Below are positions 1-7,929 of a DNA stretch of 60,654 nucleotides, one piece after another. The notes under the pieces are model-generated. The model was not told the origin of the DNA, searched no databases, and saw only the letters and a program-made list of their open reading frames with translations. This stretch comes from Chitinophagales bacterium (lineage in GTDB: Bacteria > Bacteroidota > Bacteroidia > Chitinophagales > BACL12). The DNA lies in assembly GCA_036734545.1 (NCBI GenBank), contig DAIMYJ010000002.1, positions 1 to 60,654 of the forward strand, given 5' to 3'. The position numbers and the translations under genes are program-made. How positions within the stretch are numbered: the stretch's first letter is position 1; each line of letters starts with the position of its first letter.

Positions 1-29
1 AAAAAAAAGAGGCAGCCATTAGCTGCCTC
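1..29 (-). terminator. Rho-independent terminator downstream of fabI
   Basis: Minus strand: 8-bp stem GAGGCAGC/GCTGCCTC (plus 9-16 / 22-29) with a 5-nt loop, followed by a T8 run (plus A1-A8). It lies about 25 nt past the fabI stop. Confidence 0.75.
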
Positions 30-54
30 AGTAATTATATTCAGATCGATTTAC

Positions 55-879
55 TCAGGATCCGCTTTCATTGCTCAGCATATCCATGATCTCCTGACTT
101 ACGCCTACAGAACTGAATCCGCCGTCGTGATACAGGTTTTGCATGGTGATCATGCGGCTCATGTCACTGAACAGGAACACACAGTAATCGGCACAGGCAT
201 CTGCAGTAGCATTACCCAATGGAGATAATTTATCTGCATAGTTGAAGAAGGCATCAAAACCTTTAACACCACTGCCGGCTGTTGTCCAGGTAGGTGATTG
301 AGATATCGTGTTCACACGTACTTTCTTCGATTTGCCATAGTGATAGCCGAAGCTGCGTGCAATACTTTCCAGCGTAGCCTTCGCTTCCGCCATATCGCTA
401 TAGGAAGGGAAGGTGCGCTGCGCGGCGATATAAGTAAGACCAACCACGCTGCCCCATTCGCTGATGGCATCTTTTTGATAGGCCACCTGCATCACCTTAT
501 GGAACGATACCGCCGATACATCCAGCGTCTTCATTAAGAAGTCATAGCTGAGGTCGGTATACGGGCGACTTTTCCGCACATTGGGGCTCATGCCTATGGA
601 ATGCAGGATGAAGTCGATCTTGCCGCCCAGCACTTCCATGGAACGGTCGATCAGCTTTTCCAGATCTTCCACTACCGTAGCATCGGCAGGGATGATCTCG
701 GTCTTGCAGCGTTCAGCTAATTGGTTGATGGCACCCATGCGCATGGCGATAGGTGCATTGGTGAGCGTAAAGGTGGCGCCTTCAGCATAACATTTCTCTG
801 CCACCTTCCAGGCTATGGAACTTTCATCCAGTGCGCCAAAAATGATTCCGCGCTTACCTTTTAACAGATTGTGTGACAT
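55..879 (-). CDS. fabI: Enoyl-[acyl-carrier-protein] reductase (NADH), FabI type
   Basis: 274 aa. N-terminal GKRGIIFGALDESSIAW dinucleotide-binding motif typical of FabI. Y-x6-K catalytic pair (YSDMAEAK). Length and SDR fold fit the family. Confidence 0.9.
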   Translation of the reverse strand: MSHNLLKGKRGIIFGALDESSIAWKVAEKCYAEGATFTLTNAPIAMRMGAINQLAERCKTEIIPADATVVEDLEKLIDRSMEVLGGKIDFILHSIGMSPNVRKSRPYTDLSYDFLMKTLDVSAVSFHKVMQVAYQKDAISEWGSVVGLTYIAAQRTFPSYSDMAEAKATLESIARSFGYHYGKSKKVRVNTISQSPTWTTAGSGVKGFDAFFNYADKLSPLGNATADACADYCVFLFSDMSRMITMQNLYHDGGFSSVGVSQEIMDMLSNESGS

Positions 880-1041
880 TGTCGGGTGTATCTTGTGAGC
901 TGCTAAATTAGGGATATTTGGTCAATTACCGGCAGCCCCACCCGGGCGCTATCCAACGACATTCCTTCCCGCGGATCGCTGCATGCGGCGACCGGAGAGG
1001 GGAGAAAATGAAAGCAGGGAAATGGAGGGATGGACCCGGGG

Positions 1042-1563
1042 TTATTTTTTGATCTTCACCCGGTTCTTTTTCACCTTGCGGCGTTCGTAGGCGATATCCT
1101 TGTATCGGTAGGCGAGCATGAGCATGGCCGCCTGCACCTCATCTTTGCTCTGGGGTGTATCCGAGATACTGTAAGACCCCTTCTGGTTGATGCCGGTGAG
1201 TTTATCGCCCTGGAAAATATACCTGCCGGTATAGGTCACCTTGACCGTATCCGGGTCAACCTTAGGCTCGGCATTGGCATTATATAGCTTCTGGGTTTCG
1301 TTCACCAGCGTTATGCTGTCGTTCCAGTAGTAGTAATCGCGGGTCACCTCCCCGAAATTGAATCCGAACCAGGTCTCGATCTTATAGATGCTGTCGTTCT
1401 TGAAATAGGCCTTCAGGGAAGCGCCGCGTTCAGGCATGCTGTTCACAAAGCTGGAGTCCGTGATCAGGATATAGTAGTGTTTACGCACCTTTCCGGACTG
1501 CGCCTGCAGTGCAGTGGCGCCGGTAAAACACAATATGGCAAGGAGGAGAATTCGGATGTTCAT
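1042..1563 (-). CDS. Hypothetical secreted protein with a signal peptide
   Basis: 173 aa. N-terminal MNIRILLLAILCFTGATALQAQ signal-like sequence and a basic C-terminal tail. No recognisable catalytic motif. Confidence 0.6.
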   Translation of the reverse strand: MNIRILLLAILCFTGATALQAQSGKVRKHYYILITDSSFVNSMPERGASLKAYFKNDSIYKIETWFGFNFGEVTRDYYYWNDSITLVNETQKLYNANAEPKVDPDTVKVTYTGRYIFQGDKLTGINQKGSYSISDTPQSKDEVQAAMLMLAYRYKDIAYERRKVKKNRVKIKK

Positions 1564-1602
1564 GCAGCAAACAAAGTTAATCGTTTAATTGTTACCAACT
1601 CG

Positions 1603-1610
1603 TAATTTTG
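1603..1610 (+). promoter_or_regulatory. Candidate Bacteroidota -7 promoter box (TAATTTTG)
   Basis: Matches TAnnTTTG only 4 nt upstream of the ATG at 1615. No well-spaced -33 TTTG was seen. Confidence 0.35.
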
Positions 1611-1614
1611 TTCA

Positions 1615-2226
1615 ATGGCTCAGGGCAGGCATAATACCGAAGAAGCTCCATTCCGTTCGCTTCGAAATCCAACGGTTTTGATCGTGGATATGCTGCTGGC
1701 CAGTATCGTGATCTTTTTTCTTGGGATAACGTATGGATATGTGGCAAGGTTGGGAAGTGCGTGGACCGACTTCAGACTGCCCAAGGTGTTTTGGCTGAGC
1801 ACGTTGAGTATCCTGATGGTGAGTTTTTTTCTCCGGCATGTACTGGAAGCCTATGACAGGGATCAGGTAACTACATTGAAACGCAAGATAGCGCTGGCTT
1901 TTGCCGCCGCACTCATCTTTTCCGCATGTCAGGTGGCAGGCTGGCTGCAGCTGCGCGATCAGGGACTGCTTATCGATACGGCCAATTCGGTGTCGTACGT
2001 TTACATCCTTACCGGACTCCATATACTCCACGTTTTGCTGGGGCTGATATTCCTCATGGTTGCGGCATTTCGCATCAACAGGCACACAGCTACCGGCGTG
2101 CAGGCGCTGTTGTATTTTTCTGATCCCCTGCGCCGCGATCGACTGAAACTGCTTACGCATTACTGGCATACCATCGATTTTCTCTGGGTGTTGTTATTTC
2201 TGGCATTTCTCTTCAATCATACCTGA
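1615..2226 (+). CDS. Cytochrome c oxidase subunit III family (heme-copper oxidase subunit III-like) membrane protein
   Basis: 203 aa with multiple hydrophobic helices. The C-terminal THYWHTIDFLWVLLFLAFLF matches the conserved YWHFVDVVW-type end of subunit III proteins. Confidence 0.7.
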   Translation: MAQGRHNTEEAPFRSLRNPTVLIVDMLLASIVIFFLGITYGYVARLGSAWTDFRLPKVFWLSTLSILMVSFFLRHVLEAYDRDQVTTLKRKIALAFAAALIFSACQVAGWLQLRDQGLLIDTANSVSYVYILTGLHILHVLLGLIFLMVAAFRINRHTATGVQALLYFSDPLRRDRLKLLTHYWHTIDFLWVLLFLAFLFNHT

Positions 2227-2230
2227 AATA

Positions 2231-2275
2231 AAAAAGCCCCCGCACTCTGAGAGAATGCTGAGGGGCTTGTTTCAC
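2231..2275. terminator. Bidirectional terminator hairpin between convergent genes
   Basis: AAGCCCC (2234-2240) pairs with GGGGCTT (2262-2268). It is flanked by an A-run upstream (a T-run on the minus strand) and GTTT downstream. Confidence 0.6.
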
Positions 2276-2306
2276 TCCTTAACCAACTATTGTTTCTTGT
2301 CGCAGG

Positions 2307-2729
2307 TTATTCACCCTTGTGTTTATCGTGCTTGCGCTTCATTTTAGCTTTTGCCTCCTGCTTGCTGTCGGCATGCAGCTTGATCTCATCTTTGTGCGCA
2401 GCGATCTTTTCCTTCTTGGCGTCCTGCTTGTGGTCGGCATGCGCATCAGCGGCATGTGCTTTTACCTCTTCTTTGGTAGCACCATGTTCGCGGATCTCAC
2501 TTTCATGTGCCTTTACTTTGGCTTTCGCAGGTTTCGTGCCTTTCATCTTGGCGCCGGCGGCAGCTTTACTCTTGGCCTGGTCAACCGCGATCGCTTTCCG
2601 CATCTCCGGTGACTTTTTCTTCACTTCTGTCTTCTCGGTTTTGCTGTCGGCAGCCGGTGCGGTTTGGGCATACAGGTTGCCAAGTCCGATCAGGAGGGCA
2701 ACGCTCAGGGTTAACATCAGCTTTTTCAT
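2307..2729 (-). CDS. Secreted Lys/His/Ala-rich low-complexity protein (hypothetical)
   Basis: 140 aa. Signal peptide MKKLMLTLSVALLIGLGNLYAQ, then a highly charged K/A/H/E-rich sequence with recurring KAH/AAH/KLH units. Confidence 0.65.
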   Translation of the reverse strand: MKKLMLTLSVALLIGLGNLYAQTAPAADSKTEKTEVKKKSPEMRKAIAVDQAKSKAAAGAKMKGTKPAKAKVKAHESEIREHGATKEEVKAHAADAHADHKQDAKKEKIAAHKDEIKLHADSKQEAKAKMKRKHDKHKGE

Positions 2730-2867
2730 AACTTGTTATTTTGTTTTACTGTTTGCAGATAGGATTTCCAAAACCGTGCCAAGAACTGTTAAAGGACTTT
2801 TAAAAACCGGCGCAACCCGCGCTGCAGGCAGGCCTCAGCCATTTTTTTAATTCTCCTTCTTACTCGC

Positions 2868-2875
2868 TACCTTTG
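2868..2875 (+). promoter_or_regulatory. Candidate -7 promoter box (TACCTTTG) for tRNA-Pro
   Basis: TAnnTTTG match 14 nt upstream of the mature tRNA 5' end. Confidence 0.5.
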
Positions 2876-2889
2876 CACCTCGGTCGATT

Positions 2890-2966
2890 CGGGATGTAGC
2901 TCAGCCCGGTAGAGCACACGTCTGGGGGGCGTGGGGTCGCAAGTTCAAATCTTGTCATCCCGACCA
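2890..2966 (+). tRNA. tRNA-Pro (anticodon GGG), CCA encoded
   Basis: Manual cloverleaf. Acceptor CGGGATG/CATCCCG, D arm GCTC..GAGC, anticodon stem CACGT/GCGTG with loop CT-GGG-GG, T arm GCAAG-TTCAAAT-CTTGT, then A-CCA. Confidence 0.9.
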
Positions 2967-2969
2967 ACA

Positions 2970-2995
2970 AGCTGCCAAAAGGCAGCTTTTTTTTT
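2970..2995 (+). terminator. Rho-independent terminator after tRNA-Pro
   Basis: AGCTGCC-AAAA-GGCAGCT hairpin followed by a T9 run. Confidence 0.8.
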
Positions 2996-3111
2996 GCGCA
3001 GCGGAAGGCTGAACGCCTGTCGGTACAATGCCCCGGCACCCAACAGGTAAGCATAAGGCCTCTACTTGCGGCAGGAATACTATTTTTACGTCAATATCAG
3101 TTTATCACCAC

Positions 3112-5145
3112 ATGCAATTCGTGTATCCCGCCTTTTTATTCGGACTTGCCGCCCTGGCGATTCCGGTGGTGATCCATCTGTTCAATTTCCGTCGGTTCAA
3201 GACCGTGTATTTTACCAATGTGCGCTTCCTGAAACAGGTGCAGGAGGAAACAGCTACCAAGAACCGGCTCAAACATTTGTTGGTGTTATTCGCCCGTCTG
3301 CTGGCCATCGCATTCCTCGTATTCGCATTTGCGCAGCCATTCATCCCGTCGCCAACCGCTGAACAGGAATCGGTGACGAGGGCAGTAAGTATATATCTCG
3401 ACAATTCCTTCAGCATGGAGTCTGAAGTGGATGACGAACGACTGATCGATGTGGCAAAGCGCAAAGCGGAAGAGATCGTGCAGGGATATAGTGTGGATGA
3501 TCGCTTTCAATTGATCACGAATGATCTCGAGGCTAAACATCAACGCCTGGTGAGCAGGGATGAGATGATACAACTGATCGCTGAGGTGCAGGTGAGTCCT
3601 GTATCCAGACCCTTGCAGGAGATCGTTGACCGTCAGCGCGACGTCCTGAACCGCGCATCCGATAAAGCGGCACATATCAGCTACCTGCTCAGCGATTTTC
3701 AAAAGAATGCCGGAACATTCGAGAACGATACCACCATTGCCTATAATCTGATACCGCTGACGCAAAAAGCGGCGCGCAATGTGGCCGTAGATTCGATATG
3801 GTTCGTTTCTCCGGTGCAAATGCTGAATCAGCCTGTGCAATTATGTGTGCGCCTCCGCAACTTCGGAGAAGCTGACATGGAAAATGTGCCGGTCACACTG
3901 AAATTGAACGATCAGATCAAAGCGATCGCCGATCTGTCGGTGCCGGCCATGGGAAAAACCACTGATACACTGTCGTTCTCGCTGAGCGAGGGTGGATGGT
4001 ACAGCGGAGAGATATCCCTTAAGGATTATCCGGTAACATTTGACGACCTGTTCTTTTTTTCATTCAGACCGGTCGATAGAATTTCGGTCCTGAGCATCAA
4101 CGGTCAGTTGGAGAATACTTTTATTCGCAGCCTTTTCGGCAACGATCAGATGTTTGCGCTGCAGAACAATGCAGCCAGCCAGATCGCTTTTTCCGAACTG
4201 ACAAATTACGACCTGATCATATTGAACGAATTGCCTGCGCTCTCCAACGGCCTTGCCGCTGCCCTGCAACAGCAACTCGAACGCGGCGCGAATGTGCTGA
4301 TCCTGCCTTCGTTGCAGATGGACGCACGATCGTTCGATGTATTATTGCAACCCGCACAGGCCGCCCTCTATGGTAACGTGTTCAACCGCAAGCGCCTGGT
4401 TTCTGATGTGAATACGGCCAACCCGGTGTTCGCTGATGTATTTGAAAAAGTGCCGCGCAACCTCGCCATGCCGTATGCCGCGCAAAGTTTTGAATTGCGC
4501 TCGAATGTGCAGACCCGCGAGGAGGCTTTATTACAGTTCACCGACCGGCTACCGATGCTGGCGAGATATCCGGCCTATCAGGGGTATCTGTTCTTATCGG
4601 CAGTGCCGCTCAACCGGGATATCACTGACCTGCCGGTGCAGGCCGGACTGTTTGCCCCGCTGATGTATAAAATGGCAGTGAGCAATACGCAGAAATTACC
4701 CCTGTACGCGAATATCGGTGAAGCCGGATGGATCGATCTGCCGGGTATGCAATTGCCGGGAGATGCGGTTATCCGTGTGAAGAATGAACAGGGTGAGTTC
4801 ATACCCGAGATTCGGCGGTCAGGTAACCGGCTGGCCGTTAACCTCAGCAGTTATGTGCAAACCGCCGGCATGTATTCGTTGATACCCGACAAAGGGGTAG
4901 GGCGCGGCGATCAGTTGCTGGCCATGAACTATAACCGCAGAGAATCCGATATGCAGTTCGCCGATGCACAGGCGCTGAGCGAACGGTATGATGCGGCCAA
5001 TATCACCGTGATCGATGACCCGGAGCGCAACCTCACGGGCATGGTCATGCAGATGGCTACCGGCACGCCCTTATGGAAGTTTTGTGTTATATTTGCCTTG
5101 GTTTTCCTTGCGGCAGAGATCCTGTTGATCCGCTTTATGCCGTAG
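3112..5145 (+). CDS. BatA_N-domain (aerotolerance-related N-terminal double-TM domain) membrane protein
   Basis: The ORF-track start at 3028 was trimmed to the ATG at 3112. MQFVYPAFLFGLAALAIPVVIHLFNFRR is the characteristic BatA N-terminal double-transmembrane motif. A C-terminal TM anchor is also present. Confidence 0.65.
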   Translation: MQFVYPAFLFGLAALAIPVVIHLFNFRRFKTVYFTNVRFLKQVQEETATKNRLKHLLVLFARLLAIAFLVFAFAQPFIPSPTAEQESVTRAVSIYLDNSFSMESEVDDERLIDVAKRKAEEIVQGYSVDDRFQLITNDLEAKHQRLVSRDEMIQLIAEVQVSPVSRPLQEIVDRQRDVLNRASDKAAHISYLLSDFQKNAGTFENDTTIAYNLIPLTQKAARNVAVDSIWFVSPVQMLNQPVQLCVRLRNFGEADMENVPVTLKLNDQIKAIADLSVPAMGKTTDTLSFSLSEGGWYSGEISLKDYPVTFDDLFFFSFRPVDRISVLSINGQLENTFIRSLFGNDQMFALQNNAASQIAFSELTNYDLIILNELPALSNGLAAALQQQLERGANVLILPSLQMDARSFDVLLQPAQAALYGNVFNRKRLVSDVNTANPVFADVFEKVPRNLAMPYAAQSFELRSNVQTREEALLQFTDRLPMLARYPAYQGYLFLSAVPLNRDITDLPVQAGLFAPLMYKMAVSNTQKLPLYANIGEAGWIDLPGMQLPGDAVIRVKNEQGEFIPEIRRSGNRLAVNLSSYVQTAGMYSLIPDKGVGRGDQLLAMNYNRRESDMQFADAQALSERYDAANITVIDDPERNLTGMVMQMATGTPLWKFCVIFALVFLAAEILLIRFMP

Positions 5146-5157
5146 TAAACTTTCGCC

Positions 5158-6417
5158 ATGCACTGCATCATCCAGGGAGCCACCATCATCGACCCCGCGT
5201 CAGCATTCCATCGCAAACAGGTTTCTATTCGTATTCAGGAAGGCAGTATCACTGAGATCGCCGAACAACTTTCGCCCAATGGCGCTGAAGTGCTCGTGGC
5301 ATCAGGTGCCTATGTGTCGCCGGGATGGATGGATATGCTCGCTGCTTTTGGTGACCCGGGCCATGAATACCGCGAAACCATCCCCTCCGGTTCTGCTGCC
5401 GCAGCTGCCGGCGGATTTACCGCTGTGGGCCTCATGCCCAATACGCAACCGGCCATTCACAGCAAGGCAGAAGTGGAGTATATCCGCAACCGCGCAGCTG
5501 CCGAACTCATCCATATCTATCCCTACGGTGCGATCACACATGATCGCGAAGGCAAAGACCTCACAGAGATATACGATATGCATGCTGCAGGTGCAGTAGC
5601 CTTCACCGATGCCGCTACCGCCATTCGCGATGCCGGTATCATGCTCCGCAGCCTGCAATATGTGAAGCCTTTTAACGGTGTCATCATCAACATACCGAAC
5701 GACCATAAACTGGTGGGCAATGCGAATGTGAATGAAGGTCAGATGAGTGTGCAGTTAGGCATGTATGGCATTCCCGATATCCTTGAGGAATTAATGGTGA
5801 TCCGCGATATTAAATTGGCGGAATACACCGGTTCACAGGTACACATTGGAGCGATCAGCAGTGCAAAGTCAGTGGCACATATTCGTGACGCCAAAAGCAA
5901 AGGCATTCAGGTAACTGCAGGAGTCGCTGCTTATCAATTGTACTTTGATGAATCAGAATTGCATGATTACAATGCGCATTTTAAAGTGAATCCGCCTCTG
6001 CGCACCGCTGCAGATAAAGAGGCCCTGCGCGCAGCCGTGCTGGATGGCACCATTGATGTGGTGTGCAGCTATCATCTGCCGCATGAGAATGACAGCAAGG
6101 ATGTGGAATTTGAATATGCTGCGTTTGGCATGGCATCCCTGGAAGCAGCTTTCGGTGCTGCAGGTATGTCCCTGCAAATGACACCCGAAGTATGGGTGGA
6201 ACGCGCGGCCATCCGCCCACGCACCATCCTGCAGATCCCCGTACCAACGGTTGCGGTTGGCAATGCTGCAGAATTGACCGTATTTGATACGCATACCTCC
6301 TGGGTATTCTCCGCCGGTGATGTGCGGTCTAAAGGTTCTAACAATCCGTTCGTTGGCCGTGCCATGCAGGGTAAAGTCCTCGGCATCGTTAACAAAGGAC
6401 GATATAAATGGTATTGA
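5158..6417 (+). CDS. Dihydroorotase-like amidohydrolase-fold protein, probably non-catalytic (PyrC'-like)
   Basis: 419 aa and clearly DHOase-like (DPGHEYRETIPSGSAAAAAGGFTAVGLMPNT). The canonical HxH is replaced by L-A-A (MDMLAAFGDPG), the HxxH(V/I)S histidine by Ala (VHIGAISS), and the DHAPH Asp by Tyr (SYHLPH). Confidence 0.75.
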   Translation: MHCIIQGATIIDPASAFHRKQVSIRIQEGSITEIAEQLSPNGAEVLVASGAYVSPGWMDMLAAFGDPGHEYRETIPSGSAAAAAGGFTAVGLMPNTQPAIHSKAEVEYIRNRAAAELIHIYPYGAITHDREGKDLTEIYDMHAAGAVAFTDAATAIRDAGIMLRSLQYVKPFNGVIINIPNDHKLVGNANVNEGQMSVQLGMYGIPDILEELMVIRDIKLAEYTGSQVHIGAISSAKSVAHIRDAKSKGIQVTAGVAAYQLYFDESELHDYNAHFKVNPPLRTAADKEALRAAVLDGTIDVVCSYHLPHENDSKDVEFEYAAFGMASLEAAFGAAGMSLQMTPEVWVERAAIRPRTILQIPVPTVAVGNAAELTVFDTHTSWVFSAGDVRSKGSNNPFVGRAMQGKVLGIVNKGRYKWY

Positions 6418-6418
6418 T

Positions 6419-6973
6419 ATGGAAAATCACATCGACCAACCCGAGATACAACAGCATGAACCCGATCTGGGCGTGCGCTCCAAAGTGATCCTGCGGAATG
6501 GAACTGTATTTGCCATGCTGCTGATCATCATCATGCTGGTAACGCACATGTTCCGCGCCGATCTCAGCGAGCATACACAACGTATCGCCTGGGGTGAATA
6601 CGGGTTGCTGCTGGTGGCGATCATCGTTACGCAGCTGGACCTTCGTGCAAGGGTGTATGATGGCCGCATTTTATTTGGTCAGGCATTCACCTCCGGCATG
6701 TTGTTCGTTGCCTATGTGGCCGCTGTTTTTTCAGTGTTCACACTGGTGTTCTACCTGTTCATCGGACCGGGGGTGCTGGATGAAATGGTGGTGATCGCGG
6801 AGAACAGTTTGCGTGAACGCGGACTGACCGAGGATCAGATCGATGCACAGATGCAGTTTTCCGAGAAAATATTTACACCGGTGGGCATGTTCATCATGGT
6901 CATTATCGGATATTTATTCGTGGGTACTATCATGAGCCTTATTGCCTCCCTGTTCACCCAACGCAACCGCTGA
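6419..6973 (+). CDS. Small multi-pass membrane protein (DUF4199-like)
   Basis: The ORF-track start at 6284 was trimmed to the ATG at 6419, 1 nt after the upstream stop. About four hydrophobic helices. The family assignment is from memory of Bacteroidota synteny (DHOase - DUF4199 - GT2). Confidence 0.55.
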   Translation: MENHIDQPEIQQHEPDLGVRSKVILRNGTVFAMLLIIIMLVTHMFRADLSEHTQRIAWGEYGLLLVAIIVTQLDLRARVYDGRILFGQAFTSGMLFVAYVAAVFSVFTLVFYLFIGPGVLDEMVVIAENSLRERGLTEDQIDAQMQFSEKIFTPVGMFIMVIIGYLFVGTIMSLIASLFTQRNR

Positions 6974-7929
6974 TGCAGATATCTGTTGTCATACCCTTAC
7001 TCAACGAGGAAGAAAGCCTGCCTGAACTCGCGCAGTGGATACGCCGCGTGATGCAGGAGCAGGGATTCTCCTGGGAGGTGATATTCGTGGATGACGGCAG
7101 CAGGGACAACAGCTGGAAAGTGATCACCCAATTGCATACCGATGATCCCGGCTTCAAAGGCATCCGCTTCCGCCGCAATTACGGCAAATCGGCTGCCCTC
7201 AACGAGGGATTCGCCATGGCACAGGGTGATGTGGTGATCACCATGGATGCCGATATGCAGGATAGTCCGGATGAGATACCGGCACTCTATCGCATGATCG
7301 CCGACGAAGGATATGACATGGTGAGCGGATGGAAGAAAAGAAGGCATGACCCCATCGGTAAGACCATCCCCAGTAAATTCTTCAACTGGACAACCGCACG
7401 TATCACCGGCATTCAATTGCACGATTTTAACTGCGGTTTGAAAGCGTATCGCAATATCGTTGTGAAAAGTATCGAAGTGTACGGTGAGATGCACCGCTAT
7501 ATTCCACAGATCGCCAAAACAGCAGGCTTTTATAAGATCGGTGAGAAAGTGGTGGAGCATCGCGCACGCAAATACGGATACAGCAAATTCGGATGGGAAC
7601 GATTTATGAAAGGGTTTCTCGACCTCACCTCCATCATGTTCGTGAGTAAGTTCGGGAAGAAACCCATGCACCTGTTCGGCACCTTCGGATTCTTATCCTT
7701 CCTTACCGGTGGTATCATCACCATCTGGCTGATCGTGGAGAAGCTCATCAAACTGAACGCCGGAGAGAAATACCGCCAGATCACGGACCAGCCGCTGTTC
7801 TATATTGCCCTGGTGGCCATGGTCGTTGGTGTGCAGTTGTTTGTGGGCGGCTTTCTTGGAGAACTCATCTCCCGTAACAGCCCCGATCGCAACCAGTATC
7901 AGATCGATCAACGATTGGGTGATCCATGA
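6973..7929 (+). CDS. Family 2 glycosyltransferase, polyprenyl-phosphate sugar transferase type (GtrB/ArnC/DPM1-like)
   Basis: 318 aa. Motifs VVIPLLNEEESL, FVDDGSRDNS and DADMQD (DxD), plus two C-terminal TM helices. The start overlaps the upstream stop by 1 nt. Confidence 0.8.
   Translation: MQISVVIPLLNEEESLPELAQWIRRVMQEQGFSWEVIFVDDGSRDNSWKVITQLHTDDPGFKGIRFRRNYGKSAALNEGFAMAQGDVVITMDADMQDSPDEIPALYRMIADEGYDMVSGWKKRRHDPIGKTIPSKFFNWTTARITGIQLHDFNCGLKAYRNIVVKSIEVYGEMHRYIPQIAKTAGFYKIGEKVVEHRARKYGYSKFGWERFMKGFLDLTSIMFVSKFGKKPMHLFGTFGFLSFLTGGIITIWLIVEKLIKLNAGEKYRQITDQPLFYIALVAMVVGVQLFVGGFLGELISRNSPDRNQYQIDQRLGDP

Noticed and set aside
1612-2169. 185-aa minus-strand ORF opposite the cox3-like gene
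   Set aside because: The plus-strand product has regular TM helices and the subunit-III C-terminal signature. The minus-strand product is polar and His/Gln-rich with no features.
2290-2850. 186-aa plus-strand ORF (Cys/Ser/Leu/Ala-rich) opposite the Lys/His-rich gene
   Set aside because: It has no credible start context, and it runs across the convergent terminator region and into the tRNA-Pro promoter region. The minus-strand ORF has a textbook signal peptide. Some residual uncertainty remains because both products are low-complexity.
3028-3111. N-terminal extensions offered by the ORF track (here 3028; also 6284, 12201, 15957, 27514, 32055, 35705, 27415)
   Set aside because: In each case a downstream ATG gives the family-typical N-terminus (BatA_N motif, signal peptide, NSS TM1, S21, SecE). 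The extension overlaps an upstream gene, tRNA or promoter box.
2890-5145. tRNA-Pro as a possible integration site of a genomic island
   Set aside because: There is no integrase, no repeat of the tRNA 3' end and no mobile-element gene downstream. The downstream genes form a conserved-looking envelope operon.
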